Below, in pieces: positions 19,764-29,042 of a stretch of DNA of 64,000 bases; positions within the stretch are counted from its first letter, which is position 1, and each line of letters begins with the position of its first letter. The notes below the pieces were generated by a model, which was given only the letters and a program-made list of their open reading frames with translations, had not been told where the DNA came from and ran no database searches. This DNA is from Candidatus Poseidoniaceae archaeon. GTDB taxonomy: Archaea; Thermoplasmatota; Poseidoniia; Poseidoniales; Poseidoniaceae. Where the stretch lies: positions 753 to 64,752 of the forward strand of contig JBMZIJ010000001.1 of NCBI GenBank assembly GCA_049616955.1. The letters are read 5' to 3'. Position numbers and translations under genes: made by a program.

Positions 19764-20618
19764 TCATCTCCTTGTTGTCAATGCCTTAACGAGGTCTCTT
19801 AATCGTTGGGCTATTTCTTGATTGATAATGAGTTGTTCTTCTTTCTCAGTAATGAACTCAAGTGTGGCTTCAATGCCAATACGTTCCCCTTTTGCCCAAA
19901 TTTGACCGAGAAGGTTTGATCGATGTTCATCCGCTACGCTCTCATCTTCTAGAATGTCTCGAGCAGCATATTTGTAATCGTTGTAGCGTTGCCTGTTGAG
20001 TTTCTTGATTTTTGGCTGACGACCGCCACCACTATCGTCATGGCGAGACCTTCGTCGGCGATTATCTCGCTTTTTGGGAGTTTTCGTGACAATTTGTTTG
20101 AACACATTTTTTGAAGATTGAATTTCGTCTTCAATATCTATTGGCGAGGCAGTATCTTCTTCGTTCGCAAAGAACGCCTCCTCTTCTTCAGTTTCTTCAA
20201 CTGCTTCAGTTTCAGGTTCTGTCGATTCTATCGCTGGAGCAACTGGTTCAAGGATGGATTCTGTTTTTTTGACAGATTCCTGTGATTGCTTACGCAACTC
20301 TGCAAGACGATCCGCTCTTGAGATCTGGGGAGCAGCCTCATTTGTGGCTACTGCGTTTAATTCACTGGCCTCTACGGCTGGTTTTTGGACAGTTGGTGCC
20401 GCTGAACCAACTTGGGCACCGAGTTTCTTTCGAGCCTCTTCTTGTCGACGTCGAAAGTCATTCGTATCGACACTTTGGCGTGGTTCCGTGCGTCCTTGGT
20501 TCGTCGGACTTTGCGTATTGGATTGACTTCGTTCGTTACGTTTTTTCTGACGAACTTGGTTCGCGTTTGCAGCAAATGGATTGAATGGTTCATCCGGTTT
20601 TCTGCGTCGGTCTCGAAT
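19764..20618 (-). CDS. Hypothetical charged protein (about 284 aa) with a probable non-canonical ATT/ATA start
   Basis: The frame stays open for more than 100 codons upstream of TTG 20297 with no ATG/GTG/TTG; GGGGGA SD precedes ATA(20621)/ATT(20618). Confidence 0.65.
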   Translation of the reverse strand: MRDRRRKPDEPFNPFAANANQVRQKKRNERSQSNTQSPTNQGRTEPRQSVDTNDFRRRQEEARKKLGAQVGSAAPTVQKPAVEASELNAVATNEAAPQISRADRLAELRKQSQESVKKTESILEPVAPAIESTEPETEAVEETEEEEAFFANEEDTASPIDIEDEIQSSKNVFKQIVTKTPKKRDNRRRRSRHDDSGGGRQPKIKKLNRQRYNDYKYAARDILEDESVADEHRSNLLGQIWAKGERIGIEATLEFITEKEEQLIINQEIAQRLRDLVKALTTRR

Positions 20619-20680
20619 TATAAATCCCCCAATATATTCTACTCAATGACGACTTGTTAAAAAGAATCCGCTAAGTCAAA

Positions 20681-21697
20681 TCAACTCCAATTGATAACCG
20701 TATCATCAGTCCTCATGTATTGATCAATACCACTGCTCTCAAATGGTGTTTTTCGCCCGCTCTTGAGTTCGATGTATCCAAGCAATCCGATCATTGTGCC
20801 ATTGTCAATGCAATACATCCTTGGAGGTGCGTGGGAAGTTGAATCACGTTCTTCTGTCATTAATGTTGACATCTCTCGTAGACGGTTGTTGCAGGCGACT
20901 CCGCCACCGAGTAAGACCTGCTTTTTTCCACTGTGTGCCAATGCCCGCTCTGCAACCTCAATACATGCGGCAAATGCATGTTCTTGTAGAGACCAACAGA
21001 CTGCACCCAATGAATGACCCTTTTCGATGAGTCTTTGTGCAGCAGTGAGGATTCCTGAGAATGCCAAATCCATCCCTCGGACAGGATAAGGAAGTTCCAA
21101 ACCATCAAGTGTAGCATCAGGATTTGCATCATGAAACTCCTTTGCAAGTTTTTCGATGACAGGACCGCCTGGAAACGGTATTCCTTGTTGGCGTGCAAAC
21201 TTGTCCAGCATGTTCCCAATTCCAATATCAAGGGTTTCTCCTAGAACACGGTATTTTCCTTGCAACTTGGCTATGACTTGTGTGTTTCCTCCACTAACAT
21301 ACAGAAGAACAGGGTCATCACAATCGCATTGTTGCCTGCCAATTTCAATATGTGCAACGCAATGATTTACACCAATCAATGGCACATCAAGTCTGCTAGA
21401 AAGTGTTCGCGCAACGGATGCGCCAATGCGCAAACATGGCCCAAGCCCGGGTCCTTGCGAATATGCAATAGCTCCAATGTCCGAAGTTACTAGATTCTGA
21501 GAATCCAAAACACGCATGAAAAGCTCGGCAGCAAAATCCCGATGATGATCAGCAGCCTCTCTTGGATGGATTCCTCCTTCGAGTGGCTTGATTGTATCTC
21601 CAACGGACGGATACGGAATTCCGTTTGGATCAACGAGTCCAAACGAAAACGTATGGGCTGTTGATTCGATTCCGATAGTCCACTTACCTTCGTTCAT
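20681..21697 (-). CDS. kae1: tRNA N6-threonylcarbamoyltransferase Kae1/TsaD
   Basis: GIESTAHT, HCVAHIE, LYVSGGNTQ and GGVACN motifs. Confidence 0.96.
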   Translation of the reverse strand: MNEGKWTIGIESTAHTFSFGLVDPNGIPYPSVGDTIKPLEGGIHPREAADHHRDFAAELFMRVLDSQNLVTSDIGAIAYSQGPGLGPCLRIGASVARTLSSRLDVPLIGVNHCVAHIEIGRQQCDCDDPVLLYVSGGNTQVIAKLQGKYRVLGETLDIGIGNMLDKFARQQGIPFPGGPVIEKLAKEFHDANPDATLDGLELPYPVRGMDLAFSGILTAAQRLIEKGHSLGAVCWSLQEHAFAACIEVAERALAHSGKKQVLLGGGVACNNRLREMSTLMTEERDSTSHAPPRMYCIDNGTMIGLLGYIELKSGRKTPFESSGIDQYMRTDDTVINWS

Positions 21698-21718
21698 GGA
21701 CAACCGTGCATGCGATTG

Positions 21719-21726
21719 TTCTTCAA
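21719..21726. promoter_or_regulatory. Putative bidirectional TATA-like box (TTCTTCAA/TTGAAGAA)
   Basis: Lies exactly 21 nt from both the kae1 ATG (21697, - strand) and the hutI ATG (21748, + strand). Confidence 0.65.
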
Positions 21727-21747
21727 CTCTCACCTCTACCCTATCTC

Positions 21748-22950
21748 ATGCGAACCATTTACCACAACATTGGTTCGCTGCAAACTATGGATGATAAATC
21801 AATAAATTCCTCAGCAAAAGCAATTATTGTTGAAGATAATATCATCACAAATATTGTTGATTCAATTGGCGAGTATGAATCATCTGATGCTCTTTTCATT
21901 GATGTGGGGGGTCGCTCGGTAGTCCCTGGATTCATCGATGCCCACAATCATTTACTGTGGTCAGGTGATCGTTTTAACGAACACAATCTTCGCATGCAAG
22001 GAAAATCCTATGCAGACATTGCAAAAATGGGCGGAGGCATCATGGAAACTGTGCGATCAACGCAACAAGCCTCCGATCAAGAATTGTACACTATTGGGCG
22101 AAAAAGAATGGAACAGGCGTTGAGAAATGGCACCACATTCATGGAGGCAAAATCCGGATACGGTTTGTCTACTGAAAGTGAATTGCGATTGTTGAATCTC
22201 GTTCACAATTTGAAAAAGGAGGCAACGTTACCATCCCTACATTCCACGTGGATGGGAGCTCATGCTGTCACTTCTGAGCATACATATTCCTCCTATACTG
22301 ATGAGATTCTATCTGACCAACTGCCTGCAATTTTGGAATCAAATATGGCAGAATCTGCAGATGTGTTTTGTGAACCTGGATGGTTTACTATAGAACAATC
22401 TGAGGATATTTTGCGTTCATCTCGAGATGGTGGTCTTGATTTGCGAATGCACATCGATGAGTTCGCGGACGGTGGTGGTGGTGAATTAGCTGCTGAATTA
22501 AACGTACGAACAGCAGATCATGCCCATCACACACCACTCGATACCCGTATAAAGATGAGAGATGCAGGCGTTATGACTGGCTTTTTACCTGGTACACCGT
22601 ATTGTAATGGAGATCAATGGCCTGATTTTTCGCTTGCCAAAGAACACAATATACCGTTCTCTTTAGCCACTGATTTCAACCCAAACTGTTACACAAACAG
22701 TTTGCCATTCATCGGATCACTCGCTGTGCAAAGAAATGGTATGACGCCCTACGATGCATTGTATTGCATTACTCGACAGGCTGCAATTTCTACACCACGC
22801 TCTGATGGCCTTGAACACGGTATCATTCGAGTAGGAGCTGTTGCTAACTTCAATATTCTAACGAGTCGGCATTGGGAATCTTGGTGCATGACTCCATCAA
22901 GTTCTCCTGTCTACTCAGTTTGTCTCGAAGGTCAACATATTGAATTTTAA
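21748..22950 (+). CDS. hutI: Imidazolonepropionase
   Basis: PGFIDAHNH, EAKSGYGL, DVFCE and ATDFNP motifs. Confidence 0.93.
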   Translation: MRTIYHNIGSLQTMDDKSINSSAKAIIVEDNIITNIVDSIGEYESSDALFIDVGGRSVVPGFIDAHNHLLWSGDRFNEHNLRMQGKSYADIAKMGGGIMETVRSTQQASDQELYTIGRKRMEQALRNGTTFMEAKSGYGLSTESELRLLNLVHNLKKEATLPSLHSTWMGAHAVTSEHTYSSYTDEILSDQLPAILESNMAESADVFCEPGWFTIEQSEDILRSSRDGGLDLRMHIDEFADGGGGELAAELNVRTADHAHHTPLDTRIKMRDAGVMTGFLPGTPYCNGDQWPDFSLAKEHNIPFSLATDFNPNCYTNSLPFIGSLAVQRNGMTPYDALYCITRQAAISTPRSDGLEHGIIRVGAVANFNILTSRHWESWCMTPSSSPVYSVCLEGQHIEF

Positions 22951-23012
22951 TCTTAAGAATCTTCATTAAGTATCATAATAATAAATTAAGGATTTAAAAT
23001 TGAGTGATTATC

Positions 23013-23348
23013 ATGGCATGGCTCGAAACCGTCGTTTGTTCTTCACAAAAAAAAGTAGATGCTCGATTTCTTCGAATACTCAATGCGCACCAAGAACTCA
23101 AGCGACGTCAAGACGGGTGTCTCCTGGCGTGGGCAGCTCGGTCTGTTGACGGACAACCTCTCTTTCTGGTACAAACATTGTACAAATCTAGAAATCATCT
23201 CAAAGAGGTATCTCGGTTGGTGAGCGAAAAACTCGATCCTGAGCATGGGCCATTAGAATCCTTCATGAGTGGCCCTCCACTTGTCGGGATATTCGAAGTT
23301 GATGAGGTACAATTCCTTGATCAGTTCAATAATGCAGAAAAACAATGA
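23013..23348 (+). CDS. Hypothetical protein, possibly ABM-like dimeric alpha/beta barrel
   Basis: Length and alternating pattern resemble antibiotic-biosynthesis-monooxygenase folds; weak assignment. Confidence 0.55.
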   Translation: MAWLETVVCSSQKKVDARFLRILNAHQELKRRQDGCLLAWAARSVDGQPLFLVQTLYKSRNHLKEVSRLVSEKLDPEHGPLESFMSGPPLVGIFEVDEVQFLDQFNNAEKQ

Positions 23349-23576
23349 CACATTGTGTCGTATAATGGTAGTTATACGACTTCCATGTGAATGTAAATCT
23401 CGAATTAGAATCTGATGAAACCGAAAAATTCCACGCAGTATATCGTTTACTACCATTTTACCGTCTTAATTATTCCAAGAATATGTATTTTCGACCCGCA
23501 AAGTAGGGGGTAAAAGGCACATTTTACTGATTTTTTGGACAAAGAGTTCATACGTCTTCTTCACTGCGAGAATAAC

Positions 23577-23729
23577 ATGACTGCAATTGAAGGATTTTGT
23601 TTGAAATGCAAAACGTATGGTCCGATCAATAATGGGAAGGAAATCAAAATGGCAAATGGACGAACTCGATTTGCAGGCACCTGTTCCCAGAATGGATGCA
23701 GTGGTAAAATTTCCAAGATCATTTCATGA
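23577..23729 (+). CDS. Small zinc-ribbon protein (DUF5679-like)
   Basis: MTAIEGFCLKCK...KMANGRTRFAGTCSQNGCSGKISKII. Confidence 0.75.
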   Translation: MTAIEGFCLKCKTYGPINNGKEIKMANGRTRFAGTCSQNGCSGKISKIIS

Positions 23730-23786
23730 GCCACACATGGGCTACCGATGTGAATAAATACGCGTCTATGGTGGGAAGAATACCTA

Positions 23787-23862
23787 GGGCTCGTGGTCTA
23801 GGGGTTATGACGTTGCCTTGACATGGCAAAGATCGAGAGTTCGATTCTCTCCGAGCCCACCA
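23787..23862 (+). tRNA. tRNA-Val(GAC), intron-less, CCA encoded
   Basis: Acceptor stem GGGCTCG/CGAGCCC, anticodon arm TTGCC-TTGACAT-GGCAA, T-loop GTTCGATTC, 3' ACCA. Confidence 0.97.
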
Positions 23863-23919
23863 ATGAAAATCATCCACATAGTAGTTGAAATAGTATAAGA
23901 TTAATTATTATTTGAAAAA

Positions 23920-24282
23920 TTAATCATCGTGTATCAATTCTACATCTGTCGATTCTATTTTCACAATTTTAGCAGGTGGTTCCTCTGTTCCAAGATCTGA
24001 AAAATCCGTATTACCGCCCTGCCAAGATTGTATTTCATTTGTTTCATCAAATGATTCTGATACCAATTTGGAATTCGACGAGAGTGAATATGCAGATGGA
24101 TCAATTTCTCGTGGTTGAACGCGCTCACTAGAGGTCGGTGGTTTCCTCTCTTCCATTGGTAAGGCAGAGTGAAATAAGCCACATTCTGGACACTTGAACG
24201 TGCCCTTGGTTTCGAGTGTACCGCATGATGGGCAACGTACAGCATTCAGTATGCTGAACAATGGATCGTTCGTCAAATTCAA
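23920..24282 (-). CDS. Zinc-ribbon hypothetical protein
   Basis: CPSC...CPEC; TTG start overlaps the upstream TGA. Confidence 0.7.
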   Translation of the reverse strand: MNLTNDPLFSILNAVRCPSCGTLETKGTFKCPECGLFHSALPMEERKPPTSSERVQPREIDPSAYSLSSNSKLVSESFDETNEIQSWQGGNTDFSDLGTEEPPAKIVKIESTDVELIHDD

Positions 24283-26525
24283 TCCTCTGGAATAAACATT
24301 TCATCCTGATATCCGACGATTTCATCCCCTGTTTCATCTTCTTCGATGACGACGGTTCCTTCATCATCATCGAATTCGATGATGGTTCCATAGTAATCTT
24401 CGCCATCAATTTCAAGGCCTACGTACGAGCCAATGTCAAAATCTTCTTCCTCTTCGGAATCGGCATCTTCTTCTTCGGAATCTTGCACATCATCTGACTT
24501 TTCTTCCTCTTCTTCGAGAACTTCTTCGTCTTCTTCAGCTTCTTCATCAATGGATTCTTGAACCTCTGCACGCTCTTCATCCACGTCTTTCATTGCCTTG
24601 ACGCGTGCCCTCCAGCCAGGTGCTACAATAAGATGTGTATACAGACTCCAAACCAAACCACATCCTGCCAAGACCATCAATACAATAGCATCCCAATAAA
24701 ATCCGCCTGGCATCGATGATGCTTTGCCTGCGAGAGGCGTGAGTGAGTTTTTACATTCCCCTTCCTGAATCTCAGGATCACATGGGTAAGCTTCGCCTTC
24801 ACTGACGATGGTTCCATCATCCATCTGCCATTCTGTTTGGAATGAATCCGATCGAATTTCAAGTTCAACCATGCCACCAGTACCATCAACGATTGGGAAG
24901 AGTCCGTTGACAAGTAGGCCAATGATAAGAATAGAGAAAGATGCATGAATCAATGGCCAGAACACATCATGCCATTTCTTCGACATGAAGCGCGTCTGCC
25001 ATTCGCTTGGGAATGTTTTGACACTCTCCGCTTCCTCGTCTTCAATTGTTACGATACCATCTTCATGACGTTCAATACCGTCAACGAATTCAATCATATC
25101 GATGTTGCCATCGCCATCTGTGTCCAATGAATCCATCAGACGATCCGCTTCTTCTTCTGAAAGCCCCTCTGGTAGAAGTTCATTCAATTTCGAAACGAGT
25201 TCTTCTCTGGATAACATCCGATTGCCATCATCATCCAAATCACCGAACGCATTCGCTAATGATTTGTCTTGTTCATCAATAATGTCCAGAAGTTCATCGA
25301 TGATTTCTGAAGCAGTCCTTCCCGTAGTTGCTTTTGTTGACTTGTGTACATGATCTGACTCAATGCCCAAATCAAGGTCTTCGATGGCTTGAATAAGTTC
25401 CATTGGGTCAATGTTACCATCGTTGTCTTGGTCAAGAACTCCAAGGATTGAGAATACGGTCGTTGCCGATAACTGATCTCCCATCAAGTTCATAATGCCG
25501 CTCTGTAATTCAGGGCCGTTGATTTTACCATCAAGGTCAGTGTCCATCGATTCAAACACTTCACGGATGGTTAAGCCCTGTTCAGATATTGCTACTGCAA
25601 GTGTGTGGAACAATTCTTCAGGGGTTGGCTCCTCTTCGACATCGTCTTCCTGGCCATCATCTTCTTCAATGGATTCTTGATGTTCTTCATGGGTGTCATC
25701 GGATTCAATCGATTCATCCTCTGCCTCAATATCAACAGATTCTTCTGCAATGATTTCATCGTGAATTTCCTCGTCAATTTCATCATCAACAATTTCTTCT
25801 TCGGGTTCCTCGGTTTCCTCTTCAGCGGATTCCTCTTCTTCATCTGCTTCTTGCTCGTTCCACCCTTTTGCTGCGGCTTGCAATTCTTCTTTCTTGAGGT
25901 AGGAGTTGTCATCAGCGTTGTAATCCTTTGCAAATACGACGAATGCTTCTTTATCAGATTCATCGATACCATGGGATTTCATAACTTGAGCAAGAACATT
26001 TTCGCTGTATTCAAGTGTGGCTTCTTCTTGAGCAGGTTCTACTGCTTCTTCCTCCACCTGATCTTCTTCCAATTCTTCTCCGCCAATGATGGTTTGAAGC
26101 TCCTTCAAATCAATCAAACTGTCTCCATCCGAATCAATGGCTTCGACGAGGCGATCGACTTGAGAAGGAGGTAAGTCGGCTAAGTTGAGTGACAATAGGC
26201 CTTCCTTGAGTTCACCTGAGTCGATCATATTGTCGTTGTTTGAATCAAATCGTCCAAACAATGTCTTGACATCCATCCGGTTGTTTGCCATCCATGTTCG
26301 TAGGATATCGATGACATCATCTGCGACGAAAACAACGCCACATTCAGGACATTTCGTTGAGTCCAATGGGACAAGTGCGTTGCAGGCTCCGCACTCACCT
26401 AACGCTTCATCAGACACCCCTGAAAATGAGATTCCACACTCGGAACATTCTGTCGAGTCAACGGGTACAATGGCTCGGCATGAGCCACATTCTGCCATAG
26501 CAACTTCTTCATTTTCGTCGGACAT
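24279..26525 (-). CDS. Membrane protein with double zinc ribbons, seven EF-hand loops, two TM helices and an acidic tail
   Basis: Four CxxC pairs at the N-terminus; DxxxDxxIDxxE-type loops; two hydrophobic helices. Confidence 0.85.
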   Translation of the reverse strand: MSDENEEVAMAECGSCRAIVPVDSTECSECGISFSGVSDEALGECGACNALVPLDSTKCPECGVVFVADDVIDILRTWMANNRMDVKTLFGRFDSNNDNMIDSGELKEGLLSLNLADLPPSQVDRLVEAIDSDGDSLIDLKELQTIIGGEELEEDQVEEEAVEPAQEEATLEYSENVLAQVMKSHGIDESDKEAFVVFAKDYNADDNSYLKKEELQAAAKGWNEQEADEEEESAEEETEEPEEEIVDDEIDEEIHDEIIAEESVDIEAEDESIESDDTHEEHQESIEEDDGQEDDVEEEPTPEELFHTLAVAISEQGLTIREVFESMDTDLDGKINGPELQSGIMNLMGDQLSATTVFSILGVLDQDNDGNIDPMELIQAIEDLDLGIESDHVHKSTKATTGRTASEIIDELLDIIDEQDKSLANAFGDLDDDGNRMLSREELVSKLNELLPEGLSEEEADRLMDSLDTDGDGNIDMIEFVDGIERHEDGIVTIEDEEAESVKTFPSEWQTRFMSKKWHDVFWPLIHASFSILIIGLLVNGLFPIVDGTGGMVELEIRSDSFQTEWQMDDGTIVSEGEAYPCDPEIQEGECKNSLTPLAGKASSMPGGFYWDAIVLMVLAGCGLVWSLYTHLIVAPGWRARVKAMKDVDEERAEVQESIDEEAEEDEEVLEEEEEKSDDVQDSEEEDADSEEEEDFDIGSYVGLEIDGEDYYGTIIEFDDDEGTVVIEEDETGDEIVGYQDEMFIPED

Positions 26526-26632
26526 GTTTTGTCACCGGTAACTACCAAAACATGAGCGGATATAATGGTTGATGGTCATTTAGACGATGAAACCTATTTA
26601 TTGTCTCCAACAAGGGGAGGCAAGGGGAAGTT

Positions 26633-27491
26633 CATGTCTGGTCGGGTTTATTCAATCCATGCAGAGACGACAGAATCCTTTGTTGAAACATTCGATGCAC
26701 TGGATTTCCTTGCCAATCAATCTATTATTTTTGTATCGAGATATCCCGCCTCTCGGCTACTCGAGATGCTTGATTTATCGGAAATTCAGTGTTATTGGTT
26801 AACAAATTCCCAGTCCACTGGCGCCCTTGAACCAAGTCTGGAGAAGATCAACCATTTTTGCGAATCGACAATTTCCACTGGAGAGGGTACGCTTTTGATG
26901 GAAGGTATTGAGTGGCTGGCATCGCTTCATGGCTTTGATGCAGTGCTTTCCATGTTGCGTTCACTATCAGAAAAAGTAGCTATGAGCACATGGTCGATCT
27001 ATCTTTCAATATCACCATTAAGTTTTGATCAGCGTGAGTTGTCCAGGATATTGCGTGAGGCGCCTGAATTTGAAGTTACGAACACTATCGTATCTCATCA
27101 ACATGACCATGAAAGTGGGATGAACAGCGAATCCAACGATGTTCCATCATCCGTAGAATTAGATCTCAATGATGATGGTACACCAAAACTGGTTCTCTTG
27201 ACACGATTGCCCCGTTCAGGATTTACAAAACAAATCCTTCAACGACGGATTCTTCAGTGGAGGAAGATGGGACTTGATACATCTGAAATTGAATCTTCAC
27301 TCTATTCAAACGATCTTGATGAGATCTATGCTCAGTACGTTTTAATTGAAGAGAAAGTACGCCGAGCCACGGAATTGGAACGCTTTGTTACAACAGAAAT
27401 TCACGATTCTCAAGAGCGCACGGTTGCCCTGTTTCGAATCCGACAACTCACTGGACTTGATGATTTGGAAGCCGAATATTTTTCAAATTGA
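26633..27491 (+). CDS. DUF835-domain protein (degenerate KaiC/RecA-like)
   Basis: FVSRYP, YWLT and LLMEGIEWLASLHGFDAVLSML pattern; start could alternatively be 26565. Confidence 0.7.
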
Positions 27492-29042
27492 TTTACGTAA
27501 TGGTGTTTCAATCATCGATTGAATAATTGACAACCATCTCGACGAAACAAATTCATTGGCTATGGATTGAATTTCTTCACTTGTACTTCTGTCGTGCAAA
27601 CCTGGCAACACAACGTTGTTCATGCAACGAATCAATGCCTGCACACAGGTAGAGGATTCCTTATCCATAATCTGAATCGCTCGATGCGCTACAAATGCTT
27701 CGCAGGCAATGACTTCAGCACATCGTTGGATTGCTTCCAATAGATTCCAACTGGCTGTGGCACCCATACTGACATGGTCTTCTTGACCAGCTGATGTTGT
27801 TGTCGAGAATGCTGTTCGTGGATTTGCATGGCCGCGCAACTCTCCTAAAGATGCGCCTGCAACATATTGAACAATCATCAACCCGGACTCTAAGCCTGGA
27901 TTTTCTGCCAAGAATGGGCGTATCGCACGACGATTAGGGTCGAGCATTTGGTCAATTCGTCGTTCACTGATCGATGACAATTCAAACAAACTCAAACTCA
28001 TTGAATCTGCAACAATACCGAGGATTTCAGCATGGAAATTCCCTTGCGAAACAACTTCATGCGACCCTGGATTCTCTGGATCAGGGAAGATAAGTGGATT
28101 ATCCGTAGAGGAATTCAGTTCAATGGAAATCGTGGTAATGAGTTTTTGAAGTGATTCCTGAACAGGTCCATGAACCTGAGGTATACACCTGAATGAATAT
28201 GGATCTTGAACACGATTGCAATGTTCATGATGTTGAAGAATATTCGAATCTGAAAGAATCTCTTCCATTCGTTTCGCTACAAAGATCTGACCTTGATGTG
28301 GCCGAGTATTGTGTATTCGGGAATCGAAAGGCGTGAGTGTTGACTCCGTAGCATCGATTGACATTCCAGCTACAATATCAGAATATGTCAGCAACTGACG
28401 CAACTGTTCAACAGCAATCGCTAACATTCCGGTGATGAGACTTGTGCCATTGATGAGGGAAAGTCCATCTTTTGCTCTGAGTGTTAATGGTGCCAATTCA
28501 CATTGCTGAAGAGCATCCATTGCGTTGATTACATTGCCATCATACTCAACTTTGCCTTCACCTACGAGACCACATGCAAGATGCGAAAGTGGTGCTAAGT
28601 CTCCACTTGCACCTAAACTGCCGATTCGGGGAACAATGGGGTGAATGGAATGATTGATGAAATCTTTCAGTTGTTCTACAACATCTGGGTGACATCCTGA
28701 ATGTCCTTTAACAAGCGAATTGAGTCGAACGCACATCATGGCTCGTACACATTCTGTTGGGAGTTCTGGTCCTAAACCGGTTGCATGGGAACGAATCAAG
28801 TTTAATTGCAAACGCTCAACTTCATCAGCACTTACTTGTGTGTGGACGAGTGAGCCAAAACCTGTGTTGATTCCATAAACTGTTTCCCTGCCTTGGACTA
28901 TACGGTCAACGACGCTACGCGCTATGTGTACTCTTTGCATGGCATCATCTGAGATTGTTACGGTTGCGAGACCATGGGCCACATCATGTACATCGAGTGT
29001 GTTCAATGTCGAACCATCCAATGTGACAACGCGATTAGTCAT
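27483..29042 (-). CDS. hutH: Histidine ammonia-lyase
   Basis: YGINTGFG, MIO-forming GASGDLAPL and QDPYSFRC motifs. Confidence 0.95.
   Translation of the reverse strand: MTNRVVTLDGSTLNTLDVHDVAHGLATVTISDDAMQRVHIARSVVDRIVQGRETVYGINTGFGSLVHTQVSADEVERLQLNLIRSHATGLGPELPTECVRAMMCVRLNSLVKGHSGCHPDVVEQLKDFINHSIHPIVPRIGSLGASGDLAPLSHLACGLVGEGKVEYDGNVINAMDALQQCELAPLTLRAKDGLSLINGTSLITGMLAIAVEQLRQLLTYSDIVAGMSIDATESTLTPFDSRIHNTRPHQGQIFVAKRMEEILSDSNILQHHEHCNRVQDPYSFRCIPQVHGPVQESLQKLITTISIELNSSTDNPLIFPDPENPGSHEVVSQGNFHAEILGIVADSMSLSLFELSSISERRIDQMLDPNRRAIRPFLAENPGLESGLMIVQYVAGASLGELRGHANPRTAFSTTTSAGQEDHVSMGATASWNLLEAIQRCAEVIACEAFVAHRAIQIMDKESSTCVQALIRCMNNVVLPGLHDRSTSEEIQSIANEFVSSRWLSIIQSMIETPLRKSI

Noticed and set aside
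20372-20593. Separate 73-aa ATG ORF or frameshift explaining the 19764 gene
   Set aside because: The downstream gene's own frame is open across this region and carries the SD, so this ORF is probably a shadow.
23349-23576. Replication origin (TTCCA words and a G-run resembling ORB elements)
   Set aside because: No full ORB repeats and no orc1/cdc6 gene in the window.
23787-23862. tRNA-targeted integrated element
   Set aside because: No integrase and no duplicated tRNA 3' end seen.
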